From: Nitrososphaerota archaeon
Lineage (GTDB): Archaea > Thermoproteota > Nitrososphaeria > Nitrososphaerales > UBA213
Assembly (NCBI GenBank): GCA_002713325.1
Contig: PAWD01000008.1
Span: 192,244-256,243, forward strand
Direction of reading: 5' to 3'
DNA: 64,000 nt
Every line of letters starts with the position of its first letter. The stretch's first letter is position 1. Made by a program: the position numbers and the translations under genes. Below the pieces are notes generated by a model. The model was given only the letters and a program-made list of their open reading frames with translations, was not told where the DNA came from and did no database searches. This document shows, piece by piece, positions 45,422 through 55,318 of this stretch.

Positions 45422-45439
45422 ATTTGAACATGTTCAAAT
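45422..45439. promoter_or_regulatory. Perfect 18-bp palindrome ATTTGAACATGTTCAAAT (candidate operator)
   Basis: It lies in the 363-bp divergent spacer between the methyltransferase and pterin dehydratase genes. An 8-bp palindrome TGACGTCA lies about 35 bp to its left. Confidence 0.35.
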
Positions 45440-45681
45440 CACATATTTTGGTAAGATCCTGTAGTCATGATAATGCGCTTCTTGCTGTAAAAGAAAGTTC
45501 TAATTTCAAAGGAAGATACATAATCACATGACCTATATCTCTTAACACAACGTACACAAATCTAGAGTTATTCTATGTCACATTAACTAAAAAATGGGTT
45601 AAAGAGTTGGTAGGATTGAAACAAACAAAGGAGATAATGAATAGTTAAAGTTTTTATGATAAGATAGTAAAATTAGTTGTT

Positions 45682-45978
45682 ATGTCAGATGACTATCAAA
45701 AACTTTCAGAAGACCAGATCAAGAAAGAATTGATGAATTTGAATGGATGGACAATAGCAAATGGAAAACTTAACAGAACTTTTGAGTTCAAAGATTTCAA
45801 TGAAGCATTTGGATTCATGACAAGGGTAGCAATGGAAGTAGAAAAGCTAAACCATCATCCGGAATGGTTCAATGTTTACAACAAGGTAAAAATTGAGCTG
45901 GTAACACACGATGTAAATGGTATAAGTAACTATGATTTTAAACTCGCTAACATAATCAACATCTTGGTTGAAAAATAA
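45682..45978 (+). CDS. Pterin-4-alpha-carbinolamine dehydratase (PCD/DCoH)
   Basis: 98 aa: [33 protein letters not shown]. Confidence 0.88.
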   Translation: MSDDYQKLSEDQIKKELMNLNGWTIANGKLNRTFEFKDFNEAFGFMTRVAMEVEKLNHHPEWFNVYNKVKIELVTHDVNGISNYDFKLANIINILVEK

Positions 45979-46016
45979 ACCATAAGATATAATATTATGC
46001 TAACTATGATGCGAAT

Positions 46017-46784
46017 ATGGGTAAGTTAGATGGTAAAATAGTACTCGTAACTGGTGCCACTAGTGGTATGGGGTATGTTACTGCAGTAAAATTTGCTCAA
46101 GAGGGCGTAAAAGCGATGGTAATACATCACTCGAGTTCTGAAGACAAAGCCAAGAAGATACTGGAAGAGATCAAAGGTTTGGGATCAGATGGATTGATAG
46201 TTAGAGCTGATGTTTCCAAGTACGAGGAGGTAAAATCAATTGTTGATCTTACAATAAAAAAATTTAACAGGATTGATATTGTGATTGCATATGCAGGTTT
46301 TCCAGCTAAAGTAGAGTACTGGAATGCAGATCCACTGAATCTTACGGATGAAATGCTTAACGATCCATGGAATGTAGATCTCAAAGGCTCCTATCACTGC
46401 ATAAAAGCTGTAGTTCCATACATGAAGAAACAGAAATACGGGAAGATAATTTTGGTCAGTTCTACACCTGGGGTTTCTGGCGATCCTATCGGTCTAGGTT
46501 TTACTCTTGCAAAGACAGCTGTGCGAGCATTGGTACGATCACTTGCTTCAGTATTAGGACCTGATATATTGATCAATGTAATTGCACCTGGTAGTATTGG
46601 CACTGAAGCAAATCTCAAGAATTATACTACAAAACAAAAAAATGAAATGATAAAAACTATTCCAATAGGAAGATTTGGGAAACCAGAAGAAATAGCCAAT
46701 ACTGCTCTTTTCTTGGCTTCTGATGACTCCAGTTACATTACGGGTCAAACCATTGTAGTTGATGGGGGTGAGATCAGACTTTAG
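46017..46784 (+). CDS. Short-chain dehydrogenase/reductase (FabG-like)
   Basis: VTGATSGMG, the YxxxK context GSYHCIKAV, and PGSIGT. Confidence 0.88.
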   Translation: MGKLDGKIVLVTGATSGMGYVTAVKFAQEGVKAMVIHHSSSEDKAKKILEEIKGLGSDGLIVRADVSKYEEVKSIVDLTIKKFNRIDIVIAYAGFPAKVEYWNADPLNLTDEMLNDPWNVDLKGSYHCIKAVVPYMKKQKYGKIILVSSTPGVSGDPIGLGFTLAKTAVRALVRSLASVLGPDILINVIAPGSIGTEANLKNYTTKQKNEMIKTIPIGRFGKPEEIANTALFLASDDSSYITGQTIVVDGGEIRL

Positions 46785-46838
46785 GTACATACAAAACATC
46801 CGAAAACTTAAATATTCTATAGTTAATCTCAAGTTTGA

Positions 46839-47051
46839 ATGTCTACTGTACAGGTAACCATTGAGAGTGTAAGCGTACCCACATTTGTGTTGGGTATTCT
46901 TTCTGCAGTATTTTTATTTGGCATGTTTATTGTAGGATATGATCAGGGGCATTTATTCAATGTTGTAGTAGGTGAACAGGCATTCGACGATCTGTATCTA
47001 CATGAATTGTATCACGATCTGCGTCATGTATCAGGTTTTCCTTGTCATTAG
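46839..47051 (+). CDS. cbtB: Cobalt transporter subunit CbtB
   Basis: 70 aa with one TM segment and the C-terminal signature HELYHDLRHVSGFPCH. Confidence 0.7.
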   Translation: MSTVQVTIESVSVPTFVLGILSAVFLFGMFIVGYDQGHLFNVVVGEQAFDDLYLHELYHDLRHVSGFPCH

Positions 47052-47064
47052 GCACGTGATCTAA

Positions 47065-47790
47065 TTGAGGGCAACAGTTTTCATAGGTATAACTTTACTT
47101 GCAGGAATAATTTGTGGGTTAATCCTTGGTGGTACTAACCTAGTTGTAACAGAACCTTTTATCGATCAAGCAATTGATATTGAAATACAAAATGCTATAG
47201 TAGAAGGCGAAAACATTGGTTCTATACAAGAGATTACCAAGTATAGAATATGGCAGAAAGGCGGTCAGGTGCTTGCTGCTAGTATATTAGGACTATCGCT
47301 AGGTTCTCTATTCGCACTTGTATATGCATTTGCATGGCCTTCTATACCAGGTTCAAATGGTATAAAGAAAGGACTCTTCCTAGCAGCCATAATATGGTTC
47401 ACAATATTTCTAATACCATTTCTCAAGTATCCTGCAAACCCTCCTACAGTTGGGGATCCTGAAACTATTTTCTACAGACAATCTCTATATCTAGTTTTCA
47501 TGGCAGCATCTGGTCTTGGTGCACTTGTATTAGCATTTCTGTACAAAAAACTTAATAACAAAAAATCCAGGAAATTTATAGTACCTGTACTGTATGGAGC
47601 TTACATATCAGCAATATTTGTTATGATGCCCCCAAACCCAGACCTTATAACCACCCCCATGGATCTAATTAATAATTTTAGAATCGCAAGCGCTTTAACA
47701 ATAACTCTATTCTGGTTCTTGCTTGGAGCAATATTTGGTGTATTATGGGACAAATTTAAACCATATAGAAAAGTTACTAGTAAGCTATAA
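47065..47790 (+). CDS. cbtA: Cobalt transporter subunit CbtA
   Basis: 241-aa polytopic protein (TTG start) lying 13 nt after cbtB. The size and topology fit CbtA. Confidence 0.6.
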   Translation: MRATVFIGITLLAGIICGLILGGTNLVVTEPFIDQAIDIEIQNAIVEGENIGSIQEITKYRIWQKGGQVLAASILGLSLGSLFALVYAFAWPSIPGSNGIKKGLFLAAIIWFTIFLIPFLKYPANPPTVGDPETIFYRQSLYLVFMAASGLGALVLAFLYKKLNNKKSRKFIVPVLYGAYISAIFVMMPPNPDLITTPMDLINNFRIASALTITLFWFLLGAIFGVLWDKFKPYRKVTSKL

Positions 47791-47921
47791 TTTTCAACCA
47801 TGATTGATTAATATGTTATGCATCACATTATACACATCCTAAAAGATAACAGTCAAAAACTAAACATCAAAAAGATTTTTATAATCTGAATTATCATTTA
47901 TGTTTATAGGTTCTTGCTAAT

Positions 47922-48764
47922 ATGGTAGTTGACAATAAGGGAATCATTTCATACATACGTGTTTTGAAAAATAATCTAGCTATATTCAAGATAAAACCAG
48001 AGAGTGGATCAGTTCCAGATTTCAAGGCGGGCCAGTTCACAACACTGGGCTTACCGGTTAATAGTGAAGGAGGTAAGCTAGTAAGACGAGCTTATTCCAT
48101 CGCCTCTCCACCAGAACAGAAAAAGTATTTTGAACTTTACATTCGCTGGGCGGAAAAACCCATGCCAGGCAGATTGACTACTGAATTATTCGAAAGAAAA
48201 CAAGGTGATGAGATCTTCTGGCTCAAACCAACTGGTCCATTTGGGATTCTTGATAAGGGACGTGATGGATCGCAGGACACAAGGCGTATAGTTATGATGG
48301 GAGGAGGTACTGGCATTGCTCCGTTTATCAGTTTCATTTTACATCTTAAAGCAAGACAGGACAAAAGGGAGATTATCTGTTTACATGGTGTTAGTTACGT
48401 TGATGAACTTGGTTACAGAGAGTTACTTACAGAACTGGAAGAGGAAAGTATTGACAAGGGAAGAGATAAATGGAATTTTAGGTATAGAGCAAGTATAAGC
48501 AGACCAGATGAACATTTTAACAGATCGTGGGGAGGACATAAGGGAAGAGTAGAGACATTTCTAAATCCAAACAGCTCAGGTAAGTCTCCACTTGAAGAAC
48601 TTGTTGGTGAAAAAATCACACCAGAAAATACCATGTTCTATGTTTGTGGTTTCCAGGGAACTGTTGATGCTGGACTAGGACACCTTACTCCAGCAGGATT
48701 CGTTGAAGAGAGGAAGAAGAGACCTGATGGTTCCCATGATTTACGGTATGAATCATATGGTTAA
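47922..48764 (+). CDS. Ferredoxin--NADP(+) reductase-family flavoenzyme
   Basis: RAYSIAS (RxYS FAD motif), GGGTGIAPF, and a C-terminal ESYG. Confidence 0.8.
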   Translation: MVVDNKGIISYIRVLKNNLAIFKIKPESGSVPDFKAGQFTTLGLPVNSEGGKLVRRAYSIASPPEQKKYFELYIRWAEKPMPGRLTTELFERKQGDEIFWLKPTGPFGILDKGRDGSQDTRRIVMMGGGTGIAPFISFILHLKARQDKREIICLHGVSYVDELGYRELLTELEEESIDKGRDKWNFRYRASISRPDEHFNRSWGGHKGRVETFLNPNSSGKSPLEELVGEKITPENTMFYVCGFQGTVDAGLGHLTPAGFVEERKKRPDGSHDLRYESYG

Positions 48765-48980
48765 ACGTAAAGTTTTATTCTAGAACTTTTAGTGGAATAA
48801 TGTTGAACAAAGATGATCAGCAATATTCTCTGTACATATCATTTTTGCAGATAATATTTAATATTGTTTGATTATATCTGTTAATCTCATTCCCCTATAA
48901 CAACAATTTCTTTGAAACACAAAACAATTACCGAGGATTAAATAATGACTGCATAAAATATAATACGAAAACGAACTTTT

Positions 48981-49067
48981 GGGGGCGTATGTTAGCATGG
49001 TAGACTACCAGCCTCGGGAAGACTTCGAGAACGCTGGAGGTCGCCGGTTCAAATCCGGCCGCCCCCG
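48981..49067 (+). tRNA. tRNA-Pro(CGG) with a 13-nt intron at or next to the canonical 37/38 site
   Basis: GGGGGCG..CCAGC-CTCGGG[AAGACTTCGAGAA]C-GCTGG-AGGTC-GCCGGTTCAAATCCGGC-CGCCCCC-G. Of the possible 13-nt deletions, only CGG (Pro) fits a class I tRNA with U33. Confidence 0.7.
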
Positions 49068-49363
49068 TTAATTCTTCAACTATTAGATCTTATCGTGTAT
49101 GCGTTCTAACTATTCAATAATGTACTTCTTCGCTTAATCTCCTTGTAAAACCATATTTTCTTTTCTATGGATCTCTACCATTTTTTCCAAAACAGGTATA
49201 GAGTTATTTTGTCCAATTCTTAGAATAATTCTTTTCTAATATCTAATACTCTAACTTCTACACAATTTTACTATTCAGTATTTACCATATGAAATTATTT
49301 AACCTCTACATATCTTAACTAAATTTGAAACTTTTTATAACTGATAGGGTCTCTCGTTGAGAG

Positions 49364-50281
49364 ATGCAGTTCAAAGAGTTCAATTATGTTTGGTTTGATG
49401 ATGAGATAATAGAATTGGCAAACGCAAAAGTACCATTAATGACTCATGCTTTGCACTATGGAACCAGCGTTATAGAGGGTATAAGGGCATACGCTACCAA
49501 GGACAACCTGTACATCTTCAGGGCTGCGGATCACATGAAACGACTGCATAAATCTGCAATGGTTTATTCTATAACCATAAAAAACAGTGTAAATGAACTG
49601 GTTGATGCTACTGTTGAAACTATAAAAAAGAATCAGATCAAAAACTCATGTTATATAAGGCCTATAACATTTGTGGGTTTCCATGGTATAGATCTTGCCG
49701 TTACTGAAAATTCACCTTCGCATACAGCGGTACTGTTATTCACATTCGATCAGTATCTTAATCCAAAGGGAATAAGGGTTTGTATATCTACATGGAGACG
49801 CATAAATGATTTATCAACACCACCACTTGCAAAAGCTGGTGGTAATTATCTTAATTCTGTTCTTGCGACGCAGGAATGTAAAAGGAATGGCTACGATGAA
49901 GCCATAATGCTAGACAGTTATGGAATGGTGAGCGAAGCCCCTGGAGAAAATATCTTCATGGTTAGAGACGGCAAGATTTACACCCCCCCAATATCATCTT
50001 CTGTACTGGAAGGAATAACCAGAGACACTGTGATCACTATAGCAAAGGATTTGGATTACGAATTGATTGAGCGTGCTATTCCTAGAACTGAACTTTACAT
50101 AAGCGATGAAATTTTTCTTACTGGAACAGCAGCTGAAGTTGCCCCTGTAATCAGTGTTGATGGGCATCAAATAAGTGATGGTGTGGAAGGTCCTATATCA
50201 AAAAGCATACGAGATACGTATTCCAAAGCTGTTAGGGCTGACATCAAGGAGTATATGCACTGGCTAATACCAGTGTGGTAG
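49364..50281 (+). CDS. ilvE: Branched-chain amino acid aminotransferase
   Basis: 305 aa with the fold-type IV pattern HALHYGTSVIEGIRAY, GGNYLNS, LEGITR. Confidence 0.9.
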   Translation: MQFKEFNYVWFDDEIIELANAKVPLMTHALHYGTSVIEGIRAYATKDNLYIFRAADHMKRLHKSAMVYSITIKNSVNELVDATVETIKKNQIKNSCYIRPITFVGFHGIDLAVTENSPSHTAVLLFTFDQYLNPKGIRVCISTWRRINDLSTPPLAKAGGNYLNSVLATQECKRNGYDEAIMLDSYGMVSEAPGENIFMVRDGKIYTPPISSSVLEGITRDTVITIAKDLDYELIERAIPRTELYISDEIFLTGTAAEVAPVISVDGHQISDGVEGPISKSIRDTYSKAVRADIKEYMHWLIPVW

Positions 50282-51225
50282 TAGCTATGGTGAAAATAGC
50301 AGTTATAGGAATTGGGGGATGGGGCAAGAACCACGTAAGAGCTCTATCAGAACTGAATGCATTAAGTGCGATCTGCGATGCTGATACGAGTAGAGCAGAG
50401 ACATTCGCTAACAAATATGATGTTAATTCATATACGTCTATAGATGAGATGCTTAAAAATGAAACATTTGATGGAGTAATAATAAGCACCCCCAGCTCAA
50501 CACATTTTACCATTGCCAAACAGTTAATGGAAAACGGAATTAACATTTTGGTGGAAAAACCCATGGCACCTTCATCTACAGAGTGCGAACAGATGCGTAT
50601 CATAGCAAAGCGCAATAACGTTGTTCTAGCTACTGGATACATAGAGCGTTTTAACCCAGTAGTTAACGAGGTGAAGAACTTTATTTCGGAGAAAAAATAC
50701 GGGGATGTACTTATGTTAGAATTTCACAGGGAAAGTAGAATGCCTGTAAATATTCATGACGTGGGAATAATATACGATACATCTGTACACGATATTAATA
50801 CAGCATTGTACCTTTTTGATGATAAGCCAAATATGGTATTTGCTAGAGCTGGAAGTGTAAGAGGAACACATGAGGATTTCGCAGCTATAATTCTTGGTTT
50901 CAAAAACCAGAAGACAGCATTCATAGCATCAAACTGGGTAACACCGAAAAAGGTACGCCAGTTCAATGTTGTATGCACAGACGCAATCATATTGGGAGAT
51001 TTTATAACACAGGAAATAAAAATCGATCAAGATGGAAATACTATAATACCCAGAAGGGAAGTGAAGGAACCATTGATGCTTGAACTAAAAAATTTTATTG
51101 GAGCGGTATATGGAAACGTGGAAACTTTAATCAGTGTAGATGATGCCATTAATACTACCAGAGTTGCAGAAGCAGCACTATTATCAAGTAAAACTGGTTC
51201 TCCTATTTACCTTGATCTGAAATGA
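50275..51225 (+). CDS. Gfo/Idh/MocA family NAD-dependent oxidoreductase (sugar-nucleotide dehydrogenase-like)
   Basis: KIAVIGIGGWGKNH Rossmann motif and EKPMA. Confidence 0.85.
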   Translation: MVVAMVKIAVIGIGGWGKNHVRALSELNALSAICDADTSRAETFANKYDVNSYTSIDEMLKNETFDGVIISTPSSTHFTIAKQLMENGINILVEKPMAPSSTECEQMRIIAKRNNVVLATGYIERFNPVVNEVKNFISEKKYGDVLMLEFHRESRMPVNIHDVGIIYDTSVHDINTALYLFDDKPNMVFARAGSVRGTHEDFAAIILGFKNQKTAFIASNWVTPKKVRQFNVVCTDAIILGDFITQEIKIDQDGNTIIPRREVKEPLMLELKNFIGAVYGNVETLISVDDAINTTRVAEAALLSSKTGSPIYLDLK

Positions 51226-51494
51226 AGAAACATATGATAAATATACTTGCATGTCCTATAGACAAGAACAATCCTCTTGAGATTTACGAAATTAAAACAG
51301 AGCAGGATGTAATTATTAATGGAGCACTATTTTGTAGCAAATGTTTGCGTTTCTATCTCATAATAGATGAAATACCCATAATGCTCCCAGACGAGTTAAG
51401 GAATAAAACTAATGAAATTAAATTCCTTGAACAATGGAAGGAAGAGTTACCAAGAAAGATAGTTAATGAGGGTGAACCATGGAATCTGAAATGA
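51222..51494 (+). CDS. Trm112-family small zinc-ribbon protein
   Basis: 90 aa: LACPIDK...LFCSKCLRFYLIIDEIPIML. It overlaps both neighbours. Confidence 0.7.
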   Translation: MKKHMINILACPIDKNNPLEIYEIKTEQDVIINGALFCSKCLRFYLIIDEIPIMLPDELRNKTNEIKFLEQWKEELPRKIVNEGEPWNLK

Positions 51495-51973
51495 AAATAA
51501 TCAACTTTATTGGTAAGAATGTGAAGAGAGGCAAGAATGTTAAGGTGTGGCATTTTACATATGTTGGAGATCGAACAAGAATTGGCAACAATGTAATGAT
51601 CGGTTCGCTAGCTCATATTGATTATGATGTTAACATAGGTGACAATACTCGCATTGAAGGAATGGTATATATCCCACCAAAATGCAGAATAGGAAAAAAT
51701 GTTTTCATAGGCCCAGCAGCGGTACTCACCAACGATCCATATCCTCCCAGTAAAAAGTGGGCTGGTGTAGTTATACAGGATAATGCTATAATTGGTGCTA
51801 GAGCAGTCATCAAATCCGGTATTAAGATTGGAAAAAATAGTGTTGTTGCTATGGGTGCAGTTGTTACTAAAGATGTTAAAGACAATACAGTGGTAATGGG
51901 CATCCCTGCAAAAAAGGTACCAAACTACACACTTGATACTTATAACAAAAAAAGAAAGAAATGGGAGAGTTAA
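51479..51973 (+). CDS. Hexapeptide-repeat (LbH) acyl/acetyltransferase
   Basis: Repeated [LIV]G-x4 units: IGNNVMIGSLAHIDYDVNIGDNTRIEG...IGKNVFIGPAAV. Confidence 0.85.
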   Translation: MESEMKIINFIGKNVKRGKNVKVWHFTYVGDRTRIGNNVMIGSLAHIDYDVNIGDNTRIEGMVYIPPKCRIGKNVFIGPAAVLTNDPYPPSKKWAGVVIQDNAIIGARAVIKSGIKIGKNSVVAMGAVVTKDVKDNTVVMGIPAKKVPNYTLDTYNKKRKKWES

Positions 51974-52197
51974 TTCCTTGTTACCAACTTACGTCTTGTG
52001 TAGTAGTTCTTTATTACAACAAGTATAACTAACCAGGTTACTATCATTGATAACGCAATAATCGCTTTGAACAATGATGTTACAAACACTCCAGCGTCGA
52101 GCTCAATAGGTGCAATTATCTTGATTAGAATAAATGATCCTATTATGATGAGAACCCACATAGTTACGATGTAACCAAAAAGAAAACCTAATCTCAT
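51970..52197 (-). CDS. Small two-TM membrane protein
   Basis: 75 aa. It overlaps the GT4 gene end by 4 nt and is the last gene of the minus-strand run. Confidence 0.4.
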   Translation of the reverse strand: MRLGFLFGYIVTMWVLIIIGSFILIKIIAPIELDAGVFVTSLFKAIIALSMIVTWLVILVVIKNYYTRRKLVTRN

Positions 52198-53180
52198 ATT
52201 ACAACACGAATAAGAAATGCTGTAAGTATTGCCATACCAGCAGAAAACGCAGCAAGTTTGAATATATTTCTGGTCACTTCATTCTCATGCAAGGGACCAG
52301 CGGCAAGTATCATCCTGACCAGTGTGATAGGAGCAGCCTTCTCCATTGATGCCATCAATTTGTAATCATCAAGTAGGATTACCGGTCTTACTTGAATGGT
52401 TCTATGTTCTGCTATTCGCTTTACACTTGCAAGGAATAGGAAAGAGTTTATTATTGCTGGTAATAATGCCACTATTGCTACAAATTCCACCCCTCCAACT
52501 ATTGCTATCGCAGCATACATTGCACCCCAGGCCAGAGTACCAGAATCACCAGGAAATATTCTACTCGGATATCTATGATACTTGTAGAACGTTATTGCTG
52601 AAAAGAATAAAGGCAATGCCGCTATCGCAATCTCAAATTTGTTATTCATAATCAACGCAACTATAAGCGGGACACTTGCAATAGCAATGAACCCACTTAC
52701 TACACCGTTTAAAACATCAATAGAATTTATAGTATTACCAACCACTGGAATGATTAACACGATCAGACCTATGTAGAGTAGAGGTATTCTTGCAGAGTTG
52801 AATAAGGGAAAATCAAGATTAAAATCGTATGTACCAAGCAGTATTATTGGTATAGCTGCTACAACTAACGCCAACGGTTTGAAGTATCCAGGCATAATTT
52901 TTTTATCATCAATATATCCAATAAAGAATGCAATTAACGTACAGATCAAGATCGTTAGTACACCATTATTCATGGTAAGTAAGAAAAGATTTACTTCAGC
53001 AGTGGCTAGTGAAATCATAATGATTGGACCACCAGGTCTGGGTACATGTTTATTGTTGGGTTTATGATAATCTTTTACAGTCATGCCATTACTCTGCAAA
53101 TATCTGATAAAAGGCGGTGTAAGGAAATATGTTATGATAAATACTATTGCTGATACAATTACTGCAAATACAAAATTCAT
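52194..53180 (-). CDS. Glycosyltransferase family 4 polyprenyl-phosphate HexNAc-1-phosphate transferase (AglH/MraY-WecA-like)
   Basis: 328 aa, polytopic, with GYIDDKK and NSIDVLNGV motifs. Confidence 0.85.
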   Translation of the reverse strand: MNFVFAVIVSAIVFIITYFLTPPFIRYLQSNGMTVKDYHKPNNKHVPRPGGPIIMISLATAEVNLFLLTMNNGVLTILICTLIAFFIGYIDDKKIMPGYFKPLALVVAAIPIILLGTYDFNLDFPLFNSARIPLLYIGLIVLIIPVVGNTINSIDVLNGVVSGFIAIASVPLIVALIMNNKFEIAIAALPLFFSAITFYKYHRYPSRIFPGDSGTLAWGAMYAAIAIVGGVEFVAIVALLPAIINSFLFLASVKRIAEHRTIQVRPVILLDDYKLMASMEKAAPITLVRMILAAGPLHENEVTRNIFKLAAFSAGMAILTAFLIRVVI

Positions 53181-53182
53181 TG

Positions 53183-55318
53183 TTATACCTTCTTCAGTTG
53201 TTCCTTTATCTTCTTTGCCAATGTATTACCGATCTTCTGCACAGTAGCTAGTTTCTCTACCGGCATATCACGTATACTCTTTATGTCTTTATATCCAGCT
53301 CTATAAAGTGCTCTTGCTCTAATTCTTCCAATGTTCTCCAGTGATACTATTGGAATAAGTTCTTCTTTAATTCCATACTTGACACGTTTTCTTAAAGTGT
53401 GTATTTGGTGAAGTAAGTCTTCTCGTTTAACTAATTTCGCAACTTCATATAATGAATATAGCAACCAGTCACTTGTTTCCACTATTCTATACATATCGCC
53501 AGGATCCACACCAAAAAGTTCCAATATTTTTTTGTCTGTGTATTCTTGTATCCACGAGTAAAGTGCAAGTAAACTCCTTGAACAATCGTATTCATTAAGA
53601 TCAAATAATAATTCATGTTCATATTCATCTATTAGCATTCGTACTTCATCAACATCCTTGTTGCGTAACTGAAGTTTTGGATAAAAATCTGTGCAATCAG
53701 TAACTATATGCAGGAAACCAAGTGTATGTTTTCCATTATCCTTTGCACCTGTGATAGCTCTTTTGAATTCAACTGCAGTTGCAGGATCTATATATAATAA
53801 TGAAATTCTCGTACCAAACTCACTTGCAGAGAATCTCTGACCTCTTCTCTTCACCATCATTTCAAGTTCCAAATAATCCAAGGTAGATTCAAGCTTCGTA
53901 CTGATCGTCGATTTTCGGTACTGTTTTGCGAGAAGTGTATTAGAAAACAATACATCGATCTCCTCCTTCTTTATTCCTGGTAAAGATGCGATCGTGCTTA
54001 GCAGATGAACTCTCAGAGCTTTCTCATTAATTAGCTTTGATCTAATAGGTTCAGGTTTGCCATACACATAATGCTCAAAGAACTCCTCCGTATTTGCATT
54101 TGGTGCGATTGTTATTGCCTCTCCATATGTATCGTATTGTGGTCTTCCTGCTCTTCCACAGAGCTGTTTGTACTCTAAAACACTTATTGGAATACTTGCA
54201 CCACACTCATAATCATATCTGGTTATACTACTTATCACAACTCTTCTAGCGGGTAAGTTAACACCAGCAGCTAGTGTTGGTGTTGCAGTAATAACTTTGA
54301 TTAATCCACTTCTAAATACATCTTCCACGATCTTCCTACTCGATGGATTAAGACCAGCATGATGGAATGCAACACCATTTTTAACAAGTTGTGCTAGTGT
54401 ATGTGTAAGTTCAGTTTCATCACCATTTAATAGATCATTAGCTTTCTTTTCAACTATCATTTTTTCCTCATCATTAAGAAATAGTTTAACAAGCTCTGAT
54501 GCTTTTACTGCCAACGAAATTGCTCGTTTCCTAGTTTCTGCGAATACCAAAACTTGCCCCCCATTTTTAATGGAATCTATTACCAGATCAACCACTGGTC
54601 CCTTAGTAGTATTTTCTACATTGATAACATCACCACTATTTAGTTTTACAGAACCATAATCATAAACACCTTCTATAAGTTCAGTAGGTCTCCAGTTACT
54701 GTTTATCAATTCGCACCCAAGCCATGATGCTATTTCATCTACATTGGTTACTGTAGCGCTTAAAGCTAACAACTGTGCGTTGTTTTGAAACATCCTTATC
54801 TTTGTGAACATCATTTCCAGAGTTGGACCTCGATCTTTATCACCCAACAAATGCATTTCATCTACAACAAATAGACCAACCTCATCAATCCAATCTATTC
54901 CATGTCTCATTACAGAATCCATCTTTTCATTTGTCATAATTATAACATCTGCATTCTTCAGACGCTCACTCGTGGAGTCGTAATCTCCAGTTGTTACCAT
55001 TACCTTTACCTTTTTACCATCACTCTTAGTCATATTCTCGAACATCTTAAACTCGGTAAACTTTTCACTTGCAAGTGCACGTAAAGGTGTGAGATAAATA
55101 ACTTTGGCATTTCTATTTAAGATCGTATTTGCAGCAGCAAGCATAGCTATCAAGGTTTTACCACTTGCTGTCGGAGTAGTTACAAGAATATTTTTTCCAT
55201 CTAAAAGACCCCGTTTTATCGCCTCCTCCTGTGGTGGATACAGTGTTTTATATCCAAGTTCGTTTAATATAACCTTGAATTGATTAGGTATATCCATGTC
55301 AACGAAGTCATTCTTCAT
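53183..55318 (-). CDS. hel308: Hel308/Ski2-like ATP-dependent DNA helicase
   Basis: TPTASGKT, VVDEMHLL, SAT, and a C-terminal HhH-like IGRIRARALYRAGY. Confidence 0.9.
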   Translation of the reverse strand: MKNDFVDMDIPNQFKVILNELGYKTLYPPQEEAIKRGLLDGKNILVTTPTASGKTLIAMLAAANTILNRNAKVIYLTPLRALASEKFTEFKMFENMTKSDGKKVKVMVTTGDYDSTSERLKNADVIIMTNEKMDSVMRHGIDWIDEVGLFVVDEMHLLGDKDRGPTLEMMFTKIRMFQNNAQLLALSATVTNVDEIASWLGCELINSNWRPTELIEGVYDYGSVKLNSGDVINVENTTKGPVVDLVIDSIKNGGQVLVFAETRKRAISLAVKASELVKLFLNDEEKMIVEKKANDLLNGDETELTHTLAQLVKNGVAFHHAGLNPSSRKIVEDVFRSGLIKVITATPTLAAGVNLPARRVVISSITRYDYECGASIPISVLEYKQLCGRAGRPQYDTYGEAITIAPNANTEEFFEHYVYGKPEPIRSKLINEKALRVHLLSTIASLPGIKKEEIDVLFSNTLLAKQYRKSTISTKLESTLDYLELEMMVKRRGQRFSASEFGTRISLLYIDPATAVEFKRAITGAKDNGKHTLGFLHIVTDCTDFYPKLQLRNKDVDEVRMLIDEYEHELLFDLNEYDCSRSLLALYSWIQEYTDKKILELFGVDPGDMYRIVETSDWLLYSLYEVAKLVKREDLLHQIHTLRKRVKYGIKEELIPIVSLENIGRIRARALYRAGYKDIKSIRDMPVEKLATVQKIGNTLAKKIKEQLKKV

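Noticed and set aside
48981-49067. An alternative reading of the intron-containing tRNA as tRNA-Ser(CGA) or tRNA-Arg(UCG).
   Set aside because: The CGA solutions would require a class II long variable arm, whereas the arm here is 5 nt. No 13-nt deletion yields a 7-nt loop with U33 and anticodon UCG.
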